Assembly: GCA_030704615.1 (NCBI GenBank)
Contig: CM060733.1
Coordinates: 33,852,001-33,916,000 of the forward strand
DNA: 64,000 bases
Direction: 5' to 3'
Source of the DNA: Takakia lepidozioides
Lineage: Eukaryota; Plantae; Bryophyta
Shown here piece by piece: positions 22,449 to 34,847 of the stretch. The notes below the pieces were generated by a model that was not told the DNA's origin, did no database searches, and saw only the letters and a list, made by a program, of their open reading frames with translations. Positions within the stretch are counted from its first letter, which is position 1, and the number at the start of each line of letters is the position of its first letter. The position numbers were made by a program, and so were the translations under genes.

Positions 22449-25400
22449 TTACAGACTGGACTGCAACATCCGGACTCTCCCCATGTGTCCCTCATTAGTG
22501 CTATCACACTCTGTCAAAGATGGCCACCCTCTCCACCCATCTGCAAGTAGATCTCTCCTTCCATGGTAATTTATTTCCGTACTACTTGGGCCGCGAGTCA
22601 CATTAGCATCACCAACTACACCCCCTAACACATGGCCAGAATTGACATTATCTTCTGTATTTGTCCCTCCAGCATTTGATGAAGCACTGACAATGCCACC
22701 AAGATCTGGAGGGCTTGGATCTATCCTTTCCTCAAAATACATTTCACCACAACATGGGCTAAGAGTCACACCACCATCACCAACTACATCCCCTGGCGTA
22801 CGTCCAGATCCGCCAGTCCTGTCGTTGTTACTCTGTCTATTTGTCCCTCCAGAACTTGATGAAGCGCTGACAATGCCACCAAAAACTGCACGGCTTCCGT
22901 TCGGAGCATTTGAAGAACCGGCCCTCGGCAGTCTGCTTTGAACCTCAGGGTGGGAGGCAAGATATGCAAGGGACTGGACCCAAGGAACTATAATAGGCTT
23001 TCGCACATAGTCAGTACTGCCAGCTACTATGTCGAACGCATCCTCTAGTGCTGTGGTCCGAGCTGGTGAGGGGAGACTAAGAACAAGCATGGCCACTTCC
23101 TTCAGTAGTTCTGGAAGTACCTGTTTGCAATACACAAATGCAATATCTTTCAGCAACATTCCACCATGATCAACAATAAAAAATCTTCAAGCACAAACAC
23201 TACAATATCAGGATCCCTCATACCTTTAAGTCCACGCGCAAAATCAAGTGCAGTAACAGCAACTGAATGTTCTGGGCATCTCCAGATTTGTCTACGCCTT
23301 TGTGGGCCTTCTTAAGGTTCTGCTTGGTTAGGTCCCCGGGTTCAGAACCCATTGAATGGAGCGTTCTTGCTTTGTCTACCAGGCGGCTTATGCAGTAAAC
23401 CGTTGCAGGGCTACCAGGAGGCAGATGATGAGTGATTGCTCCAACACCGTAGACCAGCCCCTCAAATGGAGTTGTGCCTGGAAATGTCTGCACTGCCAAA
23501 TATCCAGCACAAACCAACAAACAATAAAGCTTCCATTTCTTCCCTGAGTGAGTCCCATAAGTAAGGGCTTTAAAGTTCACAGGAAGCACAAAGAGCTCAT
23601 GGCACAAGCACGCAAAAGCAAACAGAGAAGACAACAAAAAAGAGAGATTTTGAGAGACAAGTGAGAACCTCCAGTGATTGGTCAATGTAGTAGACAGAAA
23701 GCTGCTCCCTTATTGTTGTCTCTGGACCTTCTTTGGACTCCTCTGCAAGATTGGGATGCCGCTGATATGAAGATTCATCGGTGTTGCTGAGAGAAAGAAA
23801 AGAGGTAAACAAAGCATGTGCAGCCCGAGCAACTGTCTTCAATGGATGCTGGAGAAATCTTCAGATATCTCTGTCAGGAACTCCAACTCAACAAAGCTGC
23901 ACTATCTAATTGCATTCTTTTACAGGCCTGAATCCGACTGGGGTTGATGCTACTCCAAAACTGCTAGCGGCCCACCCTTGAAACAATATCGGGCTCTCAA
24001 CTCTTAAACTGGTAATGACAGAAATGAAAAATCTGGTAAAAGTGCAGTATCTTGTTTGTCATGTCAATCCTCCGAGACCCAAAGAACTATCTTTGTCTAC
24101 GAACTATTTCTGTAATGGTATAATGTCATCAATTTTCTAGAGAGGAGAGCAAGTGCTGCATTCCCCACACTCACATCATTCTCTGAATGTGTAACTATAG
24201 CAAGTTTTTCTGATCATGCATGCCTAACATATTACAAAACAAACAGTCTGCCAAGCTTGATTCAACCAGCTTCTGCATGATAACATCTCCATATGCAAAG
24301 CATGGAAAGGATACAAAAACATAGTAGGTGCCACTTCATTTGCAAATGTCAATTCAGGTAACTTTCCCAGACAAGAAGGCAGCACTCGAAGGTAGAAAGA
24401 GAGGCGTGAGGTCTGAACTTCATCTCGACTCCATTCATAGCCTACCATATTGTTCAGATCTGAAGGACCTGCAAAGAAACTTGGCACATTGCACGTTCAG
24501 TCTAACTCTAAAAGATGTAAGTACACCACATCGTTCAGGGGAACTGTGATGATCCACTTATGGACAGATCAAGATCCTGACACAGTTTCATCAGGTGCGA
24601 TCACCACTTTTACTCTGCCAGCTCAATAACCACAATACAACAAATCGGTGTTGAAGAGTAACCTGAGCTTACGTGCACATTCGGTCATAGTCAAAGTATG
24701 ATACATGATTGACCTCCCACACAAACCACAATAGACCCCAAGTAGAATAGACTTCCAGATTTTTGCTCTCTGAATAAAGTGACTAGAGGAATTACCTGGC
24801 CAATGAACAATGGAGCTATAAGGGGGTAAGAACCGTACAAGCACCAGAATGCCCGACCGGTTCACGGAGACAGAAGAAACAGCTCGCTGCACTAGAGCCC
24901 CATACTCTTGCATGTTCAGATGTCGGCAAAACTCAACACATGAAAGAGAGTCCAATGCTCGAGCTGCTATCTCTGCACCAAGCCCATCCATCTCCTGAGC
25001 TGCTTCTGCCCTTAATGACACCGCCCCTGGCAGATGTCCTTCTCCAATGGCACGGGAGAAGAACATCACCACTGTCATAAATGCAGACACAAGGACTTCA
25101 TCCAATGCCTGAGTGCTAATCGACTGATTTCCAGCTATAGACTTGGGACTCTCATGCCCATGTCCAGTTGCTTCTTGCAAAGGTCTGCCTGACAGCACAC
25201 TGAAAAGACGATGGCCTCTGTAGAGATCCTGTGTATACTCCCAGATACTTATTTCTGCATGGCGCTGCATGTTTCCATCGCCAAAAGCATATTGTTCACA
25301 CATGGCCCGTGCTATGGCCCCCACTTCTTGAAATAATGGGCCTCCTACATGCAAATTCATCTGCTCCAAAGCAGCACCTAATTTGCTACCTTGGCCAGGC

Positions 25401-27254
25401 TCACCAGGCTGTTTCACGTCCTTTATACCCCTCTGGTGTTCCATCAATTGTGCATAATAAACACCTCTCAACGAAAGGGCATCGCACAGTAAGGTGGTAA
25501 GCAAGCATTGCAGGATAGAAGGGTGTGGAGGGAGCCCTCTACAGCGTCCTACTGCTAACCCAATACATTGCAGCTTGTGTTGCAACCCAGGGGAAACAGT
25601 ATCAGCAGCTTCAAAGGTCATAACCAATCCATGGTCACTTTCCCCGTGAGCTATATGTTTTCTGCTCTGTTCTAGGTGCGCAGCAGCACAATCACAAACC
25701 CTAACCACCACTCCTTCAAGGGACCTCATAATGCTTAGCCACTTGTCTTCCAAAGGGCCAGAAGGCCTGTTATTTTGGGTGCCACCTTCCATGTACAAGC
25801 CTCGTCGAAGTCCTGCTGCTCCAAAGAGAGCTGCACATTGAGTGGCAGGCTTTGATACATCCATGGCCCCCTGCAATAGCTCCTTCACCATAACTGTGGC
25901 ATCTGCGCCATGTCTCTGAGAAGAGAAGGCTAAGCCTTGGTATTCCATTAGATGAAAAAGCATCAAGCCATGTCTCAAACATGGCCATTCGGTTTCTCTC
26001 CCTGGACTGACTCCATCAAAATTTCTCAGATTCCGTTCCCTTTCCATATTTGGAGATGGGATTGCATGGCTATGAATTGCATGTATTTCCTCCACAGAAA
26101 CTCTGCCTGGATGGCTGTTCCCTGACTCACCTCTACAGCTACGTGAAAGTGTAGAGGACAGGTGTGGATGAGCCAAGGCTGATGATAAAGTAGGCTCGCC
26201 AGTACTAGAAGCCGGGGTCCACAGAGAAAGCAAAGCTTGGAGAATTGAGGAACATTTCAAAGCATCAGCAACAGTCAAAGCATAACCTGCACCAGCAAGT
26301 GCATTGGCAAGACTTCCTTTCACAATCAAATCCTTGCGACCAACCAGCTCGCATATTATAACTTCTTGGCACTTTTGTCTCAGAACTTCCAAGCCTTGTG
26401 CAGCTGTACAGACTGTCCCAAGCAGGAGGAGTGCTTCGCAGATGAAATGATCTGAGACAAGGGGATCTTCCAGCGAACGGCAAATGCTTGCCACCACTAG
26501 ACTCAACGTTTCGCGGGCTTGCTGCGATGCGCTTGAAGAGCCAATTACAAAGGTTTTGTGAACCCATGAAGTCAAAATAAGGGCCACAGAGACACGGGCC
26601 TGTCCTAGAGCTTGTATGTCCTCGCATTTAACTGTTGAAATGAGGGCGAGGAGAAGCTTGGCTTGCGCCTCTGCCACATGGAGATACCTGCGATGTTGAC
26701 AAATCTCCAAGAGAGCTTCAGCATGCTGAGGCTCGAGCACTCCCTGCTGCACGCAAGTGCGTAGCTGAGACCATATCTGCACAAGAAGGGTCAATTCCCA
26801 AGTAAAACGAGTGAGCAGATTTTACACTGTTTCAAGTCCCAAGAAGGGAAATTATACTAGGAATCACACTACGCTGACAGCTTGCTGGGGCTCTACGCAC
26901 ACATTGAGAAAAATATTTTCAAAGAGTGTTTGTCACTCTGCTGGATGGAAAAGGGGTTTACCGCTACCGCTGAAACCAGCGCAACAGAACCTCAGTCATG
27001 GTTGGGTAAATGACGATATTCTGGGCACAATTTGAGTCCTGCAAGACGTGGTTTGCTGTAGCATAGCAACAAAGATTGCCAAATTACGCTGAATCAACTT
27101 GGACAATCACCGAAATTGCACTAACCTGTGCAATCTGCCTTGCTACTAGCCCAGGAGTTGCCGATAGTGAGGTCCCTGGCGCTGGTGGGGCAGCAGTCGA
27201 CGAAGGTGGCAAAGAGGCAGCAACCAGCCAGTCTTCCAGGAATTGAACATCCAT
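22449..27254 (-). CDS. Conserved uncharacterised plant protein (At1g73970-like), 6 exons
   Basis: Exons ~27254-27126, 26776-24796, 24468-24315, 23858-23669, ~23505-23225, ~23121-22449. Motifs FLEDWL, SRLSFYLRV, VAPTMFL, YPG/FPG.TPFEG, DYVRKP.IV.W.QSL.YL. Confidence 0.8.
23859..24314 (-). other. U12-type (minor spliceosome) GT-AG intron
   Basis: Donor GTATCCTTT; branch-like TTCCTGAC ~14 nt before AG; no polypyrimidine tract. Splicing restores PTMFL-FLQHPL. Confidence 0.8.
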
Positions 27255-27570
27255 TGATGCCGCAGAGCGAAGACGCAAACTCTCAATCAGTGATCCTCAC
27301 CCCCAGACCTAAACAGTAAACCCGCAAGCCCTCCTGCAATGACTCCAGGAGATGGTAAAGTATTGGAGATGATGCAGCAAGTGTACCATTGAGAAACCCA
27401 CAAACCCCATAGATCTAATCAACTGCTTGCCCATACCACACTTTTCTTTACCGCCAGATCCTAAACTGCAGAAGCCCAATTTTGCAGGATCCATCGCGCC
27501 AAAGAACCACCAGCAACATGCACACTCACACTCCTTATTAGTCCCCTTGGCTGGAAGTTGGAACCCTAAC

Positions 27571-27674
27571 TGACATAAACGACTAAAACGACTTAGTGAT
27601 ATAAAAGACTAGTTACAAAGATATGTCAGTCGTAACAGACATACCTAGAAATAGACAGTCAGTCGTTTAAGTCA
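27571..27674. repeat. Small fold-back (MITE-like remnant) upstream of the At1g73970-like gene
   Basis: TGACATAAACGACT ... AGTCGTTTAAGTCA inverted pair with one mismatch, and internal ACGACT/AGTCGT repeats. Confidence 0.45.
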
Positions 27675-29383
27675 CACAGTACATATCAATGCTAGGTCTG
27701 CCTAAGACAAGGACTGGGGAAATAATGCTTAGAATTTTGCGGAAGATTGCATCTAACCAGGTGCATGTGAGTGACATTGGCACACTTGCAGATAGTGGAT
27801 CAGTTCATTCTCCTTCGTGACAAGTGAATCACCGCGTCTTTCAGAAAACTGTAGTTCTCTTCTGTCTTCGTGGTAGATGACATGCACTTGTTAACAGGCC
27901 TCTACTCCGCCCCGTAGAGAATTGATAGAATGTAAGGATAAACAAATCATGCGTTCGCAGTTATGTTTGAAAGAAACTCACTTCTGCAAATCCACTTCAA
28001 AGTCTACCATCTGCTGCAACCACGGATTACACAAAGACAGCTCCATGAATCAGTTTGTGGTATAAGTTTACTTGATTTCTATCATTGTGAGGAGTGATTC
28101 AGTTCTTTGTTCAACCCTTAGGATACGCATTATGCCTCGGGAATTCTATCGTGATGCAATCATCAAAGAAAGTTTTGAAAGAATGGAATACCCTACATTA
28201 TCATCACATCAAACCTCCATTCCAAGTTAGTCCGAGACCACAGTCAGCATTCAGGCTGAAATGATCCGTTAGTGAAGAAGTAATAGAGTAGTGCCAGCTG
28301 CACTCAATTTGCTGAGAAATCTCTGTTTTGAAAACTATGAGCTATAGTTGGAGTGACTCAGATGAATATACGCATAGTTCTAGTTGGGTCGTTTTCGGAT
28401 TCGTCAGTTTTTCTGCGTGTCTAAATAGTCAAGGGATCGTTGCCAGAAGGTAGGCTTACTTAGTCATCTGAGAGTGGACCATAAGCAAGCAAGGGATGTG
28501 CTGGCGTCAGCATTGGTATGATCAAGGCTCTGTGATGAGATTGCTCATCGAGAGTGTGGGCATGAAGCAATGAAGCAGAATGTGGATGGGTGGCGGCGAG
28601 GGCATCCGGTGTGGCACAGACAGGCCAAGAGCTCACAACCTCGCATGTGCCCTCTGCAGAGGCAAGGGATGTTGTGCCGGACACGTATGTCATGTTTTCC
28701 CTTTCACCTTCAACACGAATCCTTTGTGTCATCATTGAAAATTGTAGATTCTGGAGTGAATAAGAACAAAGGGACATTATAAGAACCGTTGTCCAGTTTT
28801 CTAAGTGAAATCCACGTAGCTTCAAATATTTTCATTGAAGATAAGGGCCTCAGTCTCAGGAGAGATCACGGCAGTGAACCTTTCTCCTGGATGTGTAGCA
28901 GTAAGCGTCAGCTGATCTGACCACTACAGTCAAAGGAACAGTTGCCACTGAATCGATGATATACACGATCATCGCTTCTCACCCCTGTTTATTTGTATGT
29001 GGAGGTCCAAGACAAATGACAAAAGATACTGAAAACCCTAGCACTCTCTCGTAAATGATGATGGACTAAACGGTGCTTGGCCTGAAATTCACTGCAAATA
29101 GCTGGTTTATGATCTGCCTGCATGACCATGCAGGACAAGTGGTGCCTCTGCTGGATATTCTCACTAAGTTGACTGTCACTACTGTGATCAAAATTTTCAG
29201 GGGACGACAACACATGTGGAGCTACATAGTAGAAGCTGCAATGGTAACAACGCCTGGGATGGAGAAGTTGTGTGTGTACTGGACTATCCAGCTCTCAGGT
29301 CAGATGAAATGGCTGCTCACTTGAAGGGCTATTGCAGATCTTGTGCTCACATGGTATGCTGGAAGCATATGGCTGAAGTGACA

Positions 29384-32300
29384 TCAGCCCAGAAGCTTGG
29401 AAACCACCCCAGCACCCACTGTTCGGCCTCCCTCCCGGAGTGCAAATCGTTGCCCTGTATAGAAACATATATAACACATAAAGAACCTGATGACCATATT
29501 TGGAAAAGCAATCATTGAAAGTAAAATGAAAATGGACAGTTGGATGCTCTAGTAAGACACTCAAACCTCAAGCAAAAAGAAAAGTTGTCTTGCCAAAGCA
29601 GGCGTGAATTATGATGCCACTTTACCCTGACGGCCTTCTGTTTGGAAAGTGGACACCTAACGGCCGTAACAGGGCAAGGTGGTTGCCCAAACCCTCCCAA
29701 GCGAGAGTCCCCAGGTACCCACACATTAGATGACAGTTGACACAGCAACCTCCTTTTGTAGCTGGGTGGGTGGGCGATAATGGGTGACATCCAACATACA
29801 CCCACAACTGCTTGGAAGGGAACCTTCCAAGACGGGCCCCTAAACTGGGCCGTCTGTTGGATGCTACCCTCAAGCACAATTAGGAGATTACTTTATCCAT
29901 AGGCAGCAGTCCACAAAGACAACAAGTTTCTTACCTTGAGACTAGAACAGGAACACCACACATTCCTGCACTTACAAATCGACAGGGCAATCACAGTCCG
30001 ACTTCTATGAAACTGGGTAAGAGACATACCAGCTTCAATGGGACAAGGAATAATGAGCTCAAAAGTAGCGGTCAGATTGTCGCCAGGCATGACCATCTTG
30101 ATGTGTTCGGGCAGATCAACCTTTCCTGTCACATCAGCAGTGCGCAAGTAGAACTGAGGCCTGTAGTTGGAAAAGAAAGCCGTGTGCCGACCTCCCTCTT
30201 CTTTTGTTAGCACGTAGATCTCCGCTTCGAACTTCTGATACGTCTTCACCGTCCCAGGTTTGCAGATCACCTACCCATCAACAGTGTAAGTCGCTGACTA
30301 CAGGATCACACAAGATGAGACTGTTGAAACAAGGCTGCCATATAATCAAGTGAGTGAATAAACACACAAATGCATGATTTCATTTAATACAAAAACTATG
30401 GATCAGCTTAGTACCTGCCCACGCTGTACTTCGTCGCGCTTAAGGCCACGGATCAGCAAACCTACATTATCCCCTGCCTGTTCCACACACACAGTACCAT
30501 TCCATCAATCCTTTACGGGACCTGAGCACTACCCATGTTTTCCCTTCAGCTACTGAAAAGTGATCTGTATTTAAACAAGGAATAAGATATCTCACTCCTT
30601 ACAAATGTTCATGGAATGGGAGTTCTATCATACATCAAGACGCAGATTGATCAGGCTCTTGTCAAACTGTGGCTGATTCAGCCTTTTAACTCCCAAGACC
30701 TGTGTGACAACAGCAGTTGTAAGTATCCATAGCTGCAAACAACATGAAAAGTACATACCTGACCCTGATCAAGTTGCTTCTTGAACATCTCCACGCCAGT
30801 GACTGTTGTTTTCAAATTGGGTCCCTGTGATCAAAGCACTGAACAAGTTAAGCACATTAGCAGATAATGGAGGAGTAGTTGAACTTAAAATATTTTACAA
30901 GGGAGTTTTCAGAATCAGAGTTGGCAAACAGATTACCGTGCGAAGCCCCACCACTTCCACCTCATCACCTACTTTAATGACACCCTGCTCCACACGCCCC
31001 GTCACAACAGTGCCTCGCCCCTACATACATACACACAAACACACCGACTAGTACATCAGGTGGACTGTAGCCAAGGAAATCAATCAAGCTAGGAAATGCC
31101 ACCCCGCACAGGGTCAATATCCTGTCTCTGTCAGTTGGGTCAGTGCAACCACGAGCAGGGTCTCTGCCCAAAAGACAACGGCCACTTAAGTCATGGGATA
31201 CGCATCACCTAGGTACTGGTATAGATCACTCTCCCTCTTTCCCTATACTGCTGTCCAACTGTGAGGGCTGCGGCCATAAGGCAAGGTCTAAACAGTACAC
31301 TCCATTCTTATACGTACCACAGTCAAGCCTATGATCCCTGACTCATCAGGCACCCAAGCGGCAGCTTGAGTGTTGCACCAATGGGTTATCACCTAGTAAA
31401 AGAATTAACTGAATCTTCTTAGCAATGTTCCTAGGGAGAGGGTAAGCTGTGCTGTAAAATTGCTGAATATCATTGCATTGACCACTTGAGCTGAGGTACA
31501 GGTGCACACCTGGATAGAGAAGACATCTTCGATGGGCATGAGAAAGGGCTTCTCCAGGTTGCGCTTCGGCTCAGGGATATAGTCATCTACAGCCTGCATC
31601 AGCTGAAGAATGGCCTTCTTGCCAATCTCCTCATTGGTGCCTTGTAGTGCTGATAGGGCAGATCCTCTCACTATGGGGATGTCGTCGCCAGGAAACTTGT
31701 AAAATGACAGTAACTCTGCAATCAACCGTGACAGATAGAGAGTGTTTGCATCTTAAGTGTATTGGGACATTGTTAAGTAAACTACCACTTCCACACAAAC
31801 AAGCTGGGCATTGTACTAATACTTCAAGGCCCACCTGCATGCAGGAATAAGTGAATGCTCTATAAATGGCTGTGTCGGTGCATTAGACCCTAGACCAAGA
31901 TCCCTGATGAGCCCAGATCATATCGATCTGCCCCAGTCAACTAGAGGTTCACTTGGGAAGAGTACATAAAATTCATTGCATCAAAGTGCCATGTAGACTA
32001 GATTTGGATTCCTACAGATGAAATATGAAGGTGTTGGTTAAAGGGATGCTGAACCATCATAAAAGTTCTAGGCAAAGAGTTGAAAGGCAAATGTACAGAG
32101 CTACTGGGTAACACAAAAAAAGGGACTCAGAACATGCAGAACAGTATCCAATTGAGGTGGAAAAGGGTTGCAGCTATTATACCACGCAATTCCATCTCAA
32201 CAAGTTCCAATAACTCCTCATCTTCAACGACATCCACTTTATTGAGAAAGCACACCAAGGATGGCACTCCCACCTGCCTTGTTCCCGCGCCCACCCCAAA

Positions 32301-34491
32301 CCCCGGCAAGCTAAGAGTCAGACACAAAACAGAGCAAACTTGAGTAAAACCTTCACCAATAAACCCCAAATCTTCGTGTTACTCGACGCATATTTGAACT
32401 AATGAAGTGGAACAACACTGGCCTGGATAGGATATGTAGTCCCACATGATTCACGTTTCTCCTGAAGCAGCTAGGTATCAACTTAACATCAAACAAGGTA
32501 TCAAGCAACATAATCTGGCCAGATGTAGGGTGGAATTTTTTTTCCACACAGAACTAACCTGACGTGCAAGAAGAATATGCTCTTTAGTCTGGGGCATAGG
32601 TCCATCTGGTGCGGACACCACTAAAATGCCCCCGTCCATCTGTGCAGCCCCTGTAATCATGTTCTGCACCCTCCTCACCCTGGCTTCATCACACAAGTCC
32701 AAAAACTCAAAATGCAGAGTACGAGAGCCATGCAAGCATTATATATTATTCCTTCACTATTAAACTGATTTAATACCGATTGGAATACCGATTTAATACC
32801 ATGAGGGGACTGGGGGAAACTTACCTTCACATAGTCAGCATGGCCTGGGCAGTCGACATGTGCATAGTGTCGCTTTGCAGTCTCATATTCCACATGTGCC
32901 TGGCAATCACCCACTCGTGCTGTTACTTACTCTTTCCAAACTTATATCACCCTCCACACTCCAGGCTCATTGCCGCCAGTTCTTGGTTAGCACTTGAGTT
33001 TGCTTTGATACAGCTAGCAAGGATTGAAGAGCAATTTGCAAACACGCTGATGGTTTAGCAAGAGGGATGCAGTCTCAAAATTGAAGTGCCCAGGTTCATG
33101 CAATTAACAAAGGGGTTGATAGGCACTCACAGTTGCAATGGTGATACCACGTTGCTTCTCCTCTGGTGCTTTGTCAATTTCATCAAAAGCTACTGCCTTG
33201 GCATTGCCCTGCTCTGACAGTACCTGTCAAAGCATTCCCAGATTAGCACATTAGGTACACCACCTTGAGTATGTAGTTTGGCTCAGAGATGAATGGGCAC
33301 TTTTAGGTCTTGGAAGCATGTTGATTGAAATACAGTGAACAAGACTACCTGAGAGTGGGTGCTCCTTGTTTACGAGAATCGGACACAGAGTTGCAGGATT
33401 TGCGGAATTGTTTCACACATATAAATATAGGTTCATTGGTTTTGACCTGAACAAACTACTCTTGCAGTAAATACATCAAATGAGAGGTTCATTGATCCCA
33501 AAAATACTTGCTCAATATGCCAATGGTGAGAAAGAGGGAACAGTAACCTTGGTAATAGCGGCAGTGAGTGTGGTCTTGCCATGATCAACATGTCCGATGG
33601 TCCCAATGTTCATATGTGGCTTCCTGCCACCCCATCCCCCTTGATTCAATTTCCCTGCTGCATTGTGTCCCCTAAGAGTGGCTCATGACCATACCAGATA
33701 CTGCAGTCCAAATGCAAGATTTGCTGCAAGACCCTGACATACCTTGCAACTAGGAATTAATAATTTTCTTAAAGCCTCACATGTTGAATACGAGAGACTT
33801 ATTTTCCATTCATCAACTGGCACTGAACCATGTATGGTATCTTGCATCTTCGGATTAGAAACATGTCCTTCTAGCTGGGGTTACCAACCAACAGAAAGCA
33901 AAGCCCCAGTTGCTTAAATTGTTCAATAGCAGGGTTTTCCAGTGTGAGCCTCTCCCCCTTCAAGAGCCCCTTTCGATTTTATTTGCAGCCTTGGAATTGA
34001 ACTGCCAAAAGATCAGGGGGAGGAAGCCTTCACTCAAAATGTAGCTGACCCCCTAGCAAATTCAGCGATTGTGCAACTACAAGCACGTGGTCAACCAAAG
34101 AATGCAAGTATGTCACCTTCCAAAAGTTTCTCGACCTGAATTTCAGAAGCCAGAGAGGGACAGAGGTGCGAACTCGACCATTGCACATTGTGATTGTGTC
34201 CAACATAAAATCCATCGCTCACTTAGAATTGTCATCTGTACTAGCGACTCGGAAATTCCAACGTGTGACAACTTACGTGCGAGAGAAGGTTGCCATTGAT
34301 CTCTTTGACCAGAGCTCTTTCACGTAATCGCCCCATAGAGATTGACTGGCGCAGAGGCTCTCTGTGCAATCAAGAGGTTCTCTTAAGCTCCGACTGGAAG
34401 AAGCTAGGCCGGATGAACACGAAGCTGATGAGAAAGCCGCAGAAAGCCGGCTGAGCGAATGCGGCCTGCATGCCCGTGCTAATGCAGCCAT
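29384..34491 (-). CDS. tufM: Mitochondrial elongation factor Tu, 12 exons
   Basis: Targeting-peptide exon 34491-34277. [12 protein letters not shown] (~33600), [48 protein letters not shown]. Last exon [18 protein letters not shown] with stop at 29384-29386. Confidence 0.96.
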
Positions 34492-34847
34492 GACCCACCA
34501 GAAGATGGTCAAGCCTCCCTTCCCTGCATTAATAGAGGGCCAAACGCATCTTCTCACTCTTGCAATCCATGCTTCCCACCAAGCTATCCTCGCGCCCCAT
34601 CCTCCCTCCCCACTATATTCTCACTAAGAAACCGGATTCACGTGAGCGACAGGGTGATGAGGGAGGTCAGCTTAAACCCAAAGCCCTAGATGTCTTCCGC
34701 GGCAGAGTAAAACCTGACCAAGCTGAATCTGCCACGTCACAACCAAGGTGGAACAGTTCCTACCACTCTGGGGAGCTGCACAAACTGAAGGAGAAACATA
34801 ATAGAATCTTATCGGTGAGCCAGTTGATGTAGTTGGTGAGCTTCACA

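Noticed and set aside
29530-29880. Harbinger-like MITE in the last EF-Tu intron (two GTTGGATGCT motifs)
   Set aside because: The motifs are in the same orientation; no inverted partner or TSD was found.
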